The notes: generated by a model not told the origin, from the letters alone. 64,000 bases of DNA from an uncultured Desulfatiglans sp. (GCA_964499695.1 CAZCMD010000001.1:13872-77871); one strand, 5' to 3'; counted from the first letter of the stretch, positions 36,395 through 46,946 are shown. Translations and numbers: made by a program.

Positions 36395-38884
36395 TTAGCA
36401 CAACTGGCTTTTGATTTTCTGAAAGATATTTTTTCCTGCAGAACTGTCATTTATATTGGCATGCCTATGATATGCTTTTTGCCTTGACCCATTATCACCA
36501 TTATCGAACATGGCGAAAGCAAGATATTCAAGTAAAGCAGACTTGTCATTTTCATATATAATTGATTCAAAATATTTTTTGCATTTCTGATAAACAATTT
36601 TATTCTTGATAATAAACTCATCATCTTTTTTAATTGTTAGATCAATAGTTTCTACTCCTGTATCCGGCGAATATTTAAACAAAAATGGATAATTTTCAGA
36701 GAAAATGTAAATAAACTGATTATCTGTCCAGGCAAGTTTGACTTTTCCTCCACCCCCCCTATTATCGAGTAAAGCTTTTGACAGATCCGTTACTGTTTGC
36801 AGCTTTCTGGAAATAGGATCAAAACGTAATACCACGTTATGATAATGCGGGAAAAGGAAGATTTCATTTTTATAAATAACTGGTGTTACGAACTGACTTA
36901 AGTTGCCCGAGTCTGCCAGAGGAGATGGTGGAAGAGGGACAGCAGCATATGCTTTTCGTGTTTCTCTATTCCAGCATAGTAAAGAACCAGGACCCTTTGG
37001 AGTAATCCAATTGTTTTTGCCATCGAAACATATCCCTATAAAACCTAATTCAGATTTTGAAATAAAAATGATTTCTGCGGATTTGGATTCCATATCCAAT
37101 ACAAGTAATCTCCCATGAGTTTGAAGCGTTGCAACAGTATATTTTCCACATACATGTACTTGAGCAAAAAAGGGGATGGAATTTGAATCTATTTGCTTGT
37201 CTATACCCTCAATATTACTAAATTCACCTGTTGAGGAGTCATAACAAAGAATATCCGGATACAGCAAGCCAAAAAAGAAGATCATATTATTGTAAGTTGA
37301 ACATTTGGAAAATTTCCAATTCAGACGGTATGATTTTATTTTGGTGAAAAAAGATTTGGGTAACTCAATGCTGGAAAATTCTCCAGTTGCTATTGAATAT
37401 TTTGCAATCGACTTGGCAGACATAGGACAAAAATAGATATCGTCCTTTATTTTAACAGCAAAGCTGAATAGTCTTTTTTGATCAATATCTTCCCCAGGAA
37501 AGCTTCCCATATACTGCGGTTCCAGGGTTTTTTTATCAATCCTGAACAACCCGTTAAAATGATAAGCTGATACCCAATAAGCCCCATCATAATCTATAAA
37601 GCATTCAAAGCAGGCAGTATATTTGTCCATATCATCAAGATGCTCTTGAATGGCATGGTTTTGAATCATGACCGGTTTTCCAGTTAGGCCATACATCATT
37701 AGTAAAGATCCCCCATCCCCATAATAGGCATCAGTCAATGCAATAGCTCTGTGGAGATCAGATGTATCATCATAAATGCCCCAGCCATCGTTTATGTAAT
37801 TCGAAATGATTTGTTTATAGTCGTTTAGCAGTTGTGGCCGCATTGACTTATATGTAGCCTCATTGAGAGGATGAGGGCGCCACCACAAGGCTACATCGTC
37901 TCGGTTTTTAAAGGTTTCAAGAACATGGCGCAGTTTATTCAGATACTGTTCGTTGCCCGCAAGCAACGAACCTATGCTTGTGTTGTAAAAGATAACCTTC
38001 CTGCCATTGATTATCTTATGCCATTCATCAGGAAGATTGCAGTCTTCTTTCTTTGTGTTAATGACTTTGTCGAATTTTGGTGAACCCAGTGCAACAAACT
38101 TATCCTTGGGATTTCCGAATTTATTTCCATAAGCTTTTTTAAAAGCATGTATGTAAGTATTGCGTATTTTCTCGGATTGCACTATTACCGTGTGGGCATA
38201 CACACATCCGGGAAGGGTGCAGAAATGATCCGGCAGAGGAGCATTTTCATCAACCACGAAATATGGGACATAAACAAGCATATCAGTAAGGTTACGCAAC
38301 CGCTCAAAATAGAAATCGGGATGGACTGTAGTCACAAAATTATTTGCATCATAGGGCGCGAAGGATACTATAACATCAGGGTGGCGGGCAGCAATGTCAT
38401 ACGACTCCCAATCTGTGCACTCAATGTTATTTGAATAGCAGTCCGAACCTTCAAAGTGAGGTGTTCCTAATGAACCATCACTGTTCCTTTCAAACCAGGG
38501 AATTGGTATCCAGTAGGGATCACAGTTTGGATCATCTTTGGCTGCAAGATAAATGCTCTCTATACTATCACTCATGCTTGCATTATAAGATAAAAATGCT
38601 ATTTCAATTCTGTCAGGTTTAAGTTCGTCCTTTATACAGTTTTCAATTTTGAACAGATGCTTTATCAAGTCTTTGCTGTCAATTTCTCCGTTGTTTGCTT
38701 TGAATAATGCCTCATAGTAATCTTTCAAGAGCACTGCAGTTTGAGTTCCTTCACCTTTTATGCTTTCGATAAAATCATATATTGCCGATACAGCATCCTG
38801 ACAATCAGCATACAAACCGGATGACTGTGCCTGTTTAGTTTTTTGAAGCAGATCTAAAATTTGCCGCTGTTGATACTTTCGCAT
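36395..38884 (-). CDS. large two-part protein: TagF-like (CDP-glycerol glycerophosphotransferase-family-like) region plus a C-terminal ~7-bladed beta-propeller-like repeat region
   Basis: GSPKFD, VIFYNTS, WWRPHPL and LTDAYYGDGGSL parallel GFPRND, IIWMPTF, IIKPHPV and LITDYSSVAF in the clear TagF-like protein at 49381-50526. The C-terminal half has seven ~45-aa repeats of the type hhhhP...hhhhD..TGE...I. Confidence 0.45.
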   Translation of the reverse strand: MRKYQQRQILDLLQKTKQAQSSGLYADCQDAVSAIYDFIESIKGEGTQTAVLLKDYYEALFKANNGEIDSKDLIKHLFKIENCIKDELKPDRIEIAFLSYNASMSDSIESIYLAAKDDPNCDPYWIPIPWFERNSDGSLGTPHFEGSDCYSNNIECTDWESYDIAARHPDVIVSFAPYDANNFVTTVHPDFYFERLRNLTDMLVYVPYFVVDENAPLPDHFCTLPGCVYAHTVIVQSEKIRNTYIHAFKKAYGNKFGNPKDKFVALGSPKFDKVINTKKEDCNLPDEWHKIINGRKVIFYNTSIGSLLAGNEQYLNKLRHVLETFKNRDDVALWWRPHPLNEATYKSMRPQLLNDYKQIISNYINDGWGIYDDTSDLHRAIALTDAYYGDGGSLLMMYGLTGKPVMIQNHAIQEHLDDMDKYTACFECFIDYDGAYWVSAYHFNGLFRIDKKTLEPQYMGSFPGEDIDQKRLFSFAVKIKDDIYFCPMSAKSIAKYSIATGEFSSIELPKSFFTKIKSYRLNWKFSKCSTYNNMIFFFGLLYPDILCYDSSTGEFSNIEGIDKQIDSNSIPFFAQVHVCGKYTVATLQTHGRLLVLDMESKSAEIIFISKSELGFIGICFDGKNNWITPKGPGSLLCWNRETRKAYAAVPLPPSPLADSGNLSQFVTPVIYKNEIFLFPHYHNVVLRFDPISRKLQTVTDLSKALLDNRGGGGKVKLAWTDNQFIYIFSENYPFLFKYSPDTGVETIDLTIKKDDEFIIKNKIVYQKCKKYFESIIYENDKSALLEYLAFAMFDNGDNGSRQKAYHRHANINDSSAGKNIFQKIKSQLC

Positions 38885-38928
38885 ATTTTGATTCTATCCA
38901 TTTCTCATTTTAATCAGTCACGCTACTG

Positions 38929-39981
38929 CTAGCGATCCTGCCAGTCTGCAAGCATTCTTCGATACATATCACTTAACCCATACTTGTATATCCAACCCAA
39001 TGCCTTTAACTTGTCAATATTAAGTCTGTAACCCGTCTCTGACGCGTAGCCGTATTTATGTGTATCAGTTGCTGCTTTTAAGACAACTTTGATATTTCCA
39101 TCATAAACATCTTTCGCTATAATTTCCGCCATTTCCCGTATTGTTACACTGGCAGACGGGTTGGCTATGTTATAGGCCTCAATGTCCTTGCCCTTAATTA
39201 AAATTGTAAAAAGAGCCCTAACAGAATCTGAAATGTAGCAATAATTACCGCGTGATTTACCTTCTGTATGAAGCTCGATATCTGAACCTGCCAGTACGCT
39301 CCTCGCAAATTGCCCGAATATCCGAGTGTCATCTCTCGGGGTTCCTGCGCCGAAAGTTTGTGCCAACCGGGCAATTTTTACAGGAAGTCCATATTGATTT
39401 GCCCATGCAGTACACAATGCCTCGCATAACCTCTTACTTTCAGGATAACTGCTTCTAGGGTTTGAAAGGTCCAGGTAACCTAGATCACTTTCTGCTACTT
39501 CAGGAAGGTCTGTCTGGCCGTAAACCTCCATAGATGACAGGTACAGGAAACCGCTGCAGTAGTACTTGTGTGCCAGTTCCAGCATATTCCTTGTTCCATC
39601 GACAGATATCGAAATGACATCGGCAGGCCTTGCCACCATATCTGAGGATTTTGTATTCGCTGCACAGTGGAAGATATAATCAATCCGGCTGGGGAATTTG
39701 CTTGTATTTAACGGTTTGCGAATATCGCCAATTACGGTTATTATGCCAAAATCTTTTTCGAGCCTGGCACATTTTTCTATGTCTCGACCATGGGCAATAA
39801 TCAGTAGATTCAGGTTATATTTGGTATTTGCGGAAGCAAGGACATGAACAAGCATTCCGCCTATAAGTCCGGTTGCCCCGGTCACCATGACCGTAGTGCC
39901 ATAGAACTCATTCCAGGAGATGTTAGTATCGGACAATATTTCGTTTATGTCTGCTTTAAGCGTTGGTCCGTTCAAACTCAT
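38929..39981 (-). CDS. NAD-dependent epimerase/dehydratase-family (extended SDR) protein
   Basis: VTGATGLIGG and YPESK (YxxxK). Located 3 nt downstream of the cytidylyltransferase gene. Confidence 0.8.
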   Translation of the reverse strand: MSLNGPTLKADINEILSDTNISWNEFYGTTVMVTGATGLIGGMLVHVLASANTKYNLNLLIIAHGRDIEKCARLEKDFGIITVIGDIRKPLNTSKFPSRIDYIFHCAANTKSSDMVARPADVISISVDGTRNMLELAHKYYCSGFLYLSSMEVYGQTDLPEVAESDLGYLDLSNPRSSYPESKRLCEALCTAWANQYGLPVKIARLAQTFGAGTPRDDTRIFGQFARSVLAGSDIELHTEGKSRGNYCYISDSVRALFTILIKGKDIEAYNIANPSASVTIREMAEIIAKDVYDGNIKVVLKAATDTHKYGYASETGYRLNIDKLKALGWIYKYGLSDMYRRMLADWQDR

Positions 39982-39984
39982 CTG

Positions 39985-40704
39985 CTAACCTAATATCTCA
40001 GCATTTTCTTCGGCATCATAAAGTGCTTTAAAAATATAAAAATCAGAGGGAAGGGTTACCTTTATATTATTGCTGCCACATTCTACTGTGTGGAGTTTAA
40101 CGCCATAATGGAACATCATTGATGCTGTATCAATAAATGATGACTTTCCATCTGTTCTCGCTTTTTCATGATATTTCAGGATTTCATTAAAATAGAATGA
40201 TTGGGGAGCTTTAGCAACTCTCATTGTTTCACGGTTGCCCATGTCGTCAATACAGCTTTTTTTATTGATATGAATAAACGTTTCATGTTCACGGGCAACT
40301 GTAACGCAGTTTCCGTATTGTTTTACCATCTCAATATTTTTTGAAATAAGACTCTTATCAATAAAAGGTCTGACACCGTCATTTATCAATATAATGGAAT
40401 CTCCTGTTGTTCCTGATTCTCTTAATGTGCACAAACCATTATATATGGACTGCTGGCTTGTATCACCCCCGGTTGTCAGCCATTTGACTTTTTCAATCTG
40501 CCAGCGCTTGATTTCCTTTTTCAGTTCTTTTTCCCATCCGGAAATGCACACGACAGCAATTGAATCAATGTCGGGGTGCATTTCAAAACGCTCAAGTGTA
40601 TATATCAATATTGGTTTGCCAGCATATTTTAAAAATTGCTTAGGTAAAGATTTGCTGCTCATACGTATGCCGGTGCCGCCTGCAAAAATAAGAGCAATGT
40701 TCAT
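39985..40704 (-). CDS. IspD/TarI-family cytidylyltransferase (candidate CDP-alditol synthase)
   Basis: MNIALIFAGGTGIRMSS..PKQFL..GKPIL. 239 aa, the length and pattern of TarI/IspD. Confidence 0.75.
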   Translation of the reverse strand: MNIALIFAGGTGIRMSSKSLPKQFLKYAGKPILIYTLERFEMHPDIDSIAVVCISGWEKELKKEIKRWQIEKVKWLTTGGDTSQQSIYNGLCTLRESGTTGDSIILINDGVRPFIDKSLISKNIEMVKQYGNCVTVAREHETFIHINKKSCIDDMGNRETMRVAKAPQSFYFNEILKYHEKARTDGKSSFIDTASMMFHYGVKLHTVECGSNNIKVTLPSDFYIFKALYDAEENAEILG

Positions 40705-40813
40705 TTAGTTGGACCTCTCATTGTCTGATAGGTTATTGAACTCAAAACAGATAATATTTACATCATTAAATTTATAATAACGAGTTAAAATTATATACCC
40801 TATATTATAATTA

Positions 40814-41887
40814 TTATAAAGCGTATAATATGGTGTCAACTGTCCAATTTGTATAATGGCGGATAAAAAATTTGTAATCCATATTTAAATCTATAATATA
40901 TTCGGGTATTTCTATTATATCTTCAGATTTGTGGTATATGCTTATCGCTAATTTGGGTTTAAAGCGTTTTATGGTCTTTTTTGCTCCCTTTAATGCCTCA
41001 AGCTCAGCGCCTTCAATATCCATCTTAATAAAAGTTACACCATCTTCTTCAACAATATCATCAAGAGCTACAACCGGAATCCGGGCATTTCCGGATTCCA
41101 CGATACAAGAACCTCCTCCACCGTATGAATTAAAGTCTAAAGTGTCATTACCATTCCACAAACCGGCCTCATATAATTTGACTTCACATGCGTTAAATTC
41201 ATTAACTTGTTTTTGGCAAATCTCTATATTTTTTTTATCCGGCTCAAAGGCATATATCTTTTTAAGGGTTTTGCATTGCCGGGCCAATCGGTTACTGCTA
41301 GTAAAATCAAAACTCCCGGCATCAACAAAGATTTCATCGTTCACATAATTTACCAAGCTCGGTTCAAAATATTGATCATTATGATTTGCCTGAAAATTTA
41401 TCCAATCCAGACCATTAATTATATCTTCTTCATCTATGCCATGCCCGGTAAAGAACTCTATCAAGTCTCTGTGATATTGCTTCCAGACAGCCAGGATTAT
41501 AATAGAGTTTTCGGAATATTTTGAAACAAGGGTTTGTGGGGATATTACCGGTATTCCATTAACACTGCTTGCCTGTAAATCACCATTTACATCTGAAAAG
41601 CATTCTATTTTTGCATTTTTAAGCAGATTTTCTATGATCTGTCCAACCTTGCCGGCGCCATAAATGATTATTCTTTTCCTGTTTTTTAATGACTCATCAA
41701 TATAGTCGACAAATTGCCTGACTTTTTCATTTAAAAATAAAGATGGCATCGAAGGTAAATTTTTTTTTACCATGTTTTCTATATGCACTATGTCATTGGT
41801 AATAGAATAGAGAAGCCGGTATACAAAAATATCTTTCGACTCCTTGTCTTCCAGCTCTCTATATATTTTTATTGCTGTTTTAATCAT
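40814..41887 (-). CDS. FkbM-family methyltransferase with an N-terminal GxGxxG module
   Basis: FVDAGSFDF...AFEPDKKN...IKMDIEGAELEALKGAKKTIKRFKPKLAISIYHK. N-terminal IIIYGAGKVGQ...ISP module. The ATG at 41887 overlaps the stop of the upstream gene (ATGA); the track start is a TTG. Confidence 0.8.
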   Translation of the reverse strand: MIKTAIKIYRELEDKESKDIFVYRLLYSITNDIVHIENMVKKNLPSMPSLFLNEKVRQFVDYIDESLKNRKRIIIYGAGKVGQIIENLLKNAKIECFSDVNGDLQASSVNGIPVISPQTLVSKYSENSIIILAVWKQYHRDLIEFFTGHGIDEEDIINGLDWINFQANHNDQYFEPSLVNYVNDEIFVDAGSFDFTSSNRLARQCKTLKKIYAFEPDKKNIEICQKQVNEFNACEVKLYEAGLWNGNDTLDFNSYGGGGSCIVESGNARIPVVALDDIVEEDGVTFIKMDIEGAELEALKGAKKTIKRFKPKLAISIYHKSEDIIEIPEYIIDLNMDYKFFIRHYTNWTVDTILYAL

Positions 41888-43095
41888 GATCGATTTAACA
41901 AAACTTTCCCGACACAATTTTTTCCACGAGTATAGTCATTCTGATTTATTCCTGAGACAAGAAATGAATAAAGCCTGTCATTCAGTTTTATTATGTCGAA
42001 TTCATCCTTTACTCTTGCCTCGGCATTTTTGCTTAAATCCATACGTAGATCCATATCAGAAGCTATTTTAAGCATGTTTTCGGCTATTGAATCGATATCT
42101 TTTTCAGGTGAAAGAAGCCCTGTTTTTTTATGAATTACAAGTTCAGGTATTCCTGAGTGATATGTGCTTACAACCGGAAGTCCTATAGCGTGTGCTTCGG
42201 TTAGTGCTACGGGCACACCCTCTGAATCGCCATTTTTTGCTACTACACTGGTTAGAACAAATACATCAGCATTCTGCATCTCTTGAATCACTTCAGTCTT
42301 TGTTTTAGGGCCCAGAAATGTTACATGTTCTCCAATCCCTTCCTTTTTCACAATCTCCTGACACTCTTCATATAGTTCTCCTCCACCAATAATCCTGTAT
42401 TCTGATTTAATTTTCTTATGGATTTTAGCAAAAGCCTTTAAAGAAAATTCGATTCCCTTTTTCTCAACAAAGCGGCCTACGGTAAGAAATGTGATTTTAT
42501 CTTTCATGAAAATACGATTTTTACATGAGAATCTTTCGAGGTCTATGCCATAACGGTGAATAATTACCTTGTCAGGGTTACATCCTCTTTTAACCAGTTC
42601 ATTTTTCATAAAATGACTCGGAGTGGTTATTAGATCAGCCCTTTCAAATAAATAATTATAGCAGTTATCACCTTTTTCTAAGAAATATCTGGATGCATCA
42701 TAGCCATGAAACGAAACCAAAATAAATGTGTTACATAATCGAAAAAGTGGCTCAAACATATTAAAAATTTCACCGAAATGAACATGAAAAGCGCTAATAT
42801 CATTTAAATTGTTAATTTTATTAATATCTATAAAAGAACAAAGCCATGCGTCAGGATCGTTTTTTATTTTTTCTGGCGGAGCTTTTATAAATTTTGTTTT
42901 TTTCAGCAAATCATATGTCTCGATTTCTTCATGAATGGTTTTCGTCCTGGTGGTATAAGTAGACCAGTTTTCTATATCAAATCCCCTGTCAATCAAGCCG
43001 GTCATCTGGTCTAATATAAAAGTAGCAGATACTGCAGGAAACTCCCCCTGCATAATCATAATTTTCTTTTTATTTTGAATCGGTTTATTAATCAT
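41884..43095 (-). CDS. GT4 (GT-B, group 1) glycosyltransferase
   Basis: FLTVGRFVEKKG...DVFVLTS......EGVPVALTEAHAIGLPVVSTYHSGIPELV. Confidence 0.85.
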   Translation of the reverse strand: MINKPIQNKKKIMIMQGEFPAVSATFILDQMTGLIDRGFDIENWSTYTTRTKTIHEEIETYDLLKKTKFIKAPPEKIKNDPDAWLCSFIDINKINNLNDISAFHVHFGEIFNMFEPLFRLCNTFILVSFHGYDASRYFLEKGDNCYNYLFERADLITTPSHFMKNELVKRGCNPDKVIIHRYGIDLERFSCKNRIFMKDKITFLTVGRFVEKKGIEFSLKAFAKIHKKIKSEYRIIGGGELYEECQEIVKKEGIGEHVTFLGPKTKTEVIQEMQNADVFVLTSVVAKNGDSEGVPVALTEAHAIGLPVVSTYHSGIPELVIHKKTGLLSPEKDIDSIAENMLKIASDMDLRMDLSKNAEARVKDEFDIIKLNDRLYSFLVSGINQNDYTRGKNCVGKVLLNRS

Positions 43096-43097
43096 TT

Positions 43098-46000
43098 CTA
43101 TCTCGCTTTTTTTGATAGATATTGGTTCTTGAAGGCTGTCCCTGAAAATCCGGCTGTCATTATCTGGTCTTGAAAAGCCTGCGGAGTGTAATCACTTTGA
43201 AGCAAATGGTTATAAAAGGTAAACAAATCTTTTGTGAAAAAGTCTGTCTGTTCCTTGTTCAATCCACTCCTCTTTACCCAAAGACCTATCATTTGAGCGA
43301 GGCTAGCATTCCATCCGCCCAATGCATTTATCGATATATCGGTAAAGTCTGCTGCCTTCAAATGTCTTTCCAGGGAGAAAGGAGTGTAACGGTATTCATC
43401 GTGGGGGGCATCATGCAAAGGCCAAAGAAACGGGACTGTAAAAAACAACAATCCGCCCGGTTTGAGTACCCTGTTTATTTCTTTTAAGACCGACTCGATA
43501 TCCGGCAGGTGTTCGAATAATTCGGTAGCCATAACAGTATCGACAGTATTGTCATCGAGCGGGATCTTTCTGCCATCCCAGAACATATCAGGCTTGCCGT
43601 TTTGCTGGTAGGTTGGGTTTTCGATATCCAGGCCGATATATTTTTCAACCTTGCTGTTGGATAAAATATATTGTTTATAGGGCATTTCACCGCAACCGAG
43701 ATCAAGCAAAGTGCCTTTAAAAATGTTAAGCTTTTCATCAATGGATTTTTTTATTGAAGATCTCATATAATATAGATCCATGTTTTCCGGTGTAAGGGGG
43801 ATGTTGATAAAATTATTTTGACGTGTAGAGTTAGATAAATTCTCCGAAATTCTTTTTTCTACCCAATTAATTGCTACTTTCGTTCTTTTGAGATTCTTAT
43901 ATTTATCGTTTATCTCTATCAATGACTGTTGAGCTTCCAGTACGCCGAGTAATGATAGTTTAAGAATAGCCCTTGCACATTCGAGTTCAACAAGATCACC
44001 TTTCTCAAGAAATTTCTCATATCTATTGATAGCACTATCCATCAAGCTTAGTTTTTCTTGAGCAGAAAGGCTCGAAATAATATTGTGCCTAATCTTAGAA
44101 TATGGAATTTTCTTTTTAAGTATAAAAACCACGGAGTTGTTAGGTACATAAATAATAGGTTCGAAATATTCTGAGAAAAATTCCATTGTGATTGCCAACC
44201 AAGGGCATGTCGGATGAATAAAATCCTGTTGAATGATAATTGAATGATTAGGTATCAAATTCGGAAAAAACTCACGTACAATAAAGTCATTTATCTCCCA
44301 AGACTTGGAAACGTCAATAAACAGCAATTCAATTGCTGTTTTATCCCAGGGGAAAGAGGTTATGTCCCCTTCATGAATATCCAAAATGTTTTTAATCTCA
44401 AATGTGTTCTGATCAAAGATTGATCTTATAGAATCTCCTGGTGAGTAGTCTCCATATTTTTTCAGATACTTATCAGATTGATGCTTATCAGCTATAAATA
44501 AATCATATGAATGAATAACTTTAAATTTTGATTCATTGATTTTGTTCTCCGATACCCCCATAGCCAGTGAAAGCGTAGAGCCACCTAAAAAACATCCGGC
44601 ATCAATAATAGCGCCAACACCTTTCCAATATTCTTTACCAAGCATATAAAGGAGTTGACGTTCCTCAACTGATAACATTGTTGTAATCAACTTAATTTTC
44701 TCCGGAAGTATAATCCTACGCCAATCAGAACTTATACCATCTAACGCTGCCGGATATTCATGTTTTTTCTTGTTTTTAAAAGAAGTTTTTTTATGCAATG
44801 GTATCCTTTTATCTTCTCGTGCAATACCATTATCAGTGATTTTAATTTGTGGTAGATTCATTGAATCTGATGCTGGGATCTTTATCTCACTTTTAATGGA
44901 TGTTCTCAGGACCATTTTTTTAATGAAATCAGCCCATCTGTCAGCACATACTTTAATCGTGTATTCCTTTTCAACTGTTTTACGCGCGGCTTTTGATAGT
45001 CTTCGCCAGAGACCTTTTTCATTTTGTAATCTTACTATAGTATTAAGGAAGTCTTCTTCACGATTGTCAACAAGCAGACCGTTCTCGTCGTGTTTAATAA
45101 TTTCAGTTGCACCACTCTTGGTTTTTGTGCAGACAGGTACCAATCCGCATCCCATGGCTTCCATTAATGAAATAGACATACCTTCATAGTCTGACAGCAA
45201 AACAAATACATGGTTCTGAAGCAATGCGGGAAAGATTTCATCAACTGCCAACAATCCACCATATCTAAGCCTGTTACCAAATTGCGCAGTATTTATAGCC
45301 TCAATAGCATTTCCCTGCTCCCTGTCCTCGCCATAAAGAGTTGCACTGGTGCCGGGGATTTTATCAAGTACCTTCTTTAATGATTCTATAACATCGAAGA
45401 TTCTCTTTTGACGCTGTATTAATCTCCCGGTATATACAAGATTTAATTCTCTGCCCGGTTTATCGACTGTTTTATCCGGCAGACTAATACCATAAGGACA
45501 TTTAAGCATTTCTACATCGGGGACATTTTGAGCTTCTACAAGACCTTTAATATATTCGGATACACATACAATTCCGGACAGGCGATAATCCATATCTCCT
45601 GAAACAAAATATTCAATCAGCTCATGATGAAAATTATCATCCGAGTGCAAAATGCCGACTGTCGGGATGCCTGCTTCTTTTATCCACCGTGACGCAAAAT
45701 ATGCGGGCACACTTAAATTGGGGACAAAAAGATCCGGCGGATCAGGTTTTAAGATATTTAATAATTGCAGAATATTCTGCTCAGTATATTGCTGTCGAGG
45801 CACAACGATGCAGGGTATGCCGTTCCGTTGGAGATTACGGAGAACCGTACATTCAGAATCTGCATTCATTAAGAAAATTACTTCCGGTTTTATCCCGCGA
45901 GCAGCCAATTCCGGTAAAATGCGCTGAAGCCAGATATTAGGGCCATTGATCTGATTCGGCCCATATGCTACGAACGTAACCTTTAACGGGGCTTTATGAT

Positions 46001-46946
46001 TAACCTCTATTTGAGCTTTTTTATCAGCAAAGTATTCAGGTATTAAGTTGAACAGTTTAAGCCTGTCATTTTTCTCAATAGATGATAGATTGTTGATATT
46101 GTCCAGATGATGAATAAGCATCTTCTTTATATCATCTCCATATTTACCGTTAAAGTGTTCGAGTATTCTCAGGTACATAAAGATTCTTCCGGCATGTATA
46201 TAATCTCCTTTATGATTTACAGTTATGCCACCTGAATGTTTTCTATATACTGCCCAATTCTCATCAAAATATTTAATTTTCTTATCACCACAAATAAGCA
46301 TAACAAGGGCCATATCCCTGCTTGGAACTTTAAAATACCAATCAGGTATATTAAGATTTTCAGGTCTCTTACAAACTATACTGACCGTGGGGCAAAGCGG
46401 TGAAGAAATTAAATCAGACATTGTGTAAACATCTCTATTCCTGTCAATCCCATTCCATGGGAAATCAGAATATAAAAGACCTTCTTTATTCGGATTATCA
46501 AACTCGACAACCGTGTTATGAAAAGAGATAACATAATCTGGGTTGGCTTCCAAAAAATCCACCTGCTTTTGCAGTTTATGAGGGTCTGTCCAATAGTCAT
46601 CCCCCTCGCATAAGGCACTGTATTTACCTTTTGTCCTGTCTCGCTGGATTCGCCCGATTGTACCATCTTTTTTTTGAAACTGGTTTTCTGTCTGATAGAT
46701 CGGCTTTATCAGGTTGGGATATCTTGCTTCGTATTCCCGGATAATATCGGCTGTCCTATCAGTTGACGCATCATCATGAATAAGTATCTCAAATGGAAAA
46801 TCTGTTTCCTGGATCAAAAAGCCCTCAAGCGCATCTTCAATATACTTTTCGTGATTATAACTCATGCATTTGATACTTACTATTGGTTTGGCAGCCTCAC
46901 CTTTCCAACTTTTCATTATCTCTTGTTCTGACCGTAATATTCTCAA
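43098..46946 (-). CDS. 1282-aa multidomain enzyme: GT2, GT4, methyltransferase-like domain, and a class I SAM methyltransferase
   Basis: GT2 (VSIKCMSYNHEKYI, IHDDASTDRT, CEGDDYW; ~46200-46890). GT-B (EGMSISLMEAMGCGLVPV; ~44930-45990). IIDAGCFLGGST region (~44155-44710). LLDLGCGEMP...ELFEHLPD...LKPGGLLFFTVPF (~43345-43765). The track start is a TTG; an ATG at 46916 is an alternative. Confidence 0.8.
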   Translation of the reverse strand: MRILRSEQEIMKSWKGEAAKPIVSIKCMSYNHEKYIEDALEGFLIQETDFPFEILIHDDASTDRTADIIREYEARYPNLIKPIYQTENQFQKKDGTIGRIQRDRTKGKYSALCEGDDYWTDPHKLQKQVDFLEANPDYVISFHNTVVEFDNPNKEGLLYSDFPWNGIDRNRDVYTMSDLISSPLCPTVSIVCKRPENLNIPDWYFKVPSRDMALVMLICGDKKIKYFDENWAVYRKHSGGITVNHKGDYIHAGRIFMYLRILEHFNGKYGDDIKKMLIHHLDNINNLSSIEKNDRLKLFNLIPEYFADKKAQIEVNHKAPLKVTFVAYGPNQINGPNIWLQRILPELAARGIKPEVIFLMNADSECTVLRNLQRNGIPCIVVPRQQYTEQNILQLLNILKPDPPDLFVPNLSVPAYFASRWIKEAGIPTVGILHSDDNFHHELIEYFVSGDMDYRLSGIVCVSEYIKGLVEAQNVPDVEMLKCPYGISLPDKTVDKPGRELNLVYTGRLIQRQKRIFDVIESLKKVLDKIPGTSATLYGEDREQGNAIEAINTAQFGNRLRYGGLLAVDEIFPALLQNHVFVLLSDYEGMSISLMEAMGCGLVPVCTKTKSGATEIIKHDENGLLVDNREEDFLNTIVRLQNEKGLWRRLSKAARKTVEKEYTIKVCADRWADFIKKMVLRTSIKSEIKIPASDSMNLPQIKITDNGIAREDKRIPLHKKTSFKNKKKHEYPAALDGISSDWRRIILPEKIKLITTMLSVEERQLLYMLGKEYWKGVGAIIDAGCFLGGSTLSLAMGVSENKINESKFKVIHSYDLFIADKHQSDKYLKKYGDYSPGDSIRSIFDQNTFEIKNILDIHEGDITSFPWDKTAIELLFIDVSKSWEINDFIVREFFPNLIPNHSIIIQQDFIHPTCPWLAITMEFFSEYFEPIIYVPNNSVVFILKKKIPYSKIRHNIISSLSAQEKLSLMDSAINRYEKFLEKGDLVELECARAILKLSLLGVLEAQQSLIEINDKYKNLKRTKVAINWVEKRISENLSNSTRQNNFINIPLTPENMDLYYMRSSIKKSIDEKLNIFKGTLLDLGCGEMPYKQYILSNSKVEKYIGLDIENPTYQQNGKPDMFWDGRKIPLDDNTVDTVMATELFEHLPDIESVLKEINRVLKPGGLLFFTVPFLWPLHDAPHDEYRYTPFSLERHLKAADFTDISINALGGWNASLAQMIGLWVKRSGLNKEQTDFFTKDLFTFYNHLLQSDYTPQAFQDQIMTAGFSGTAFKNQYLSKKAR

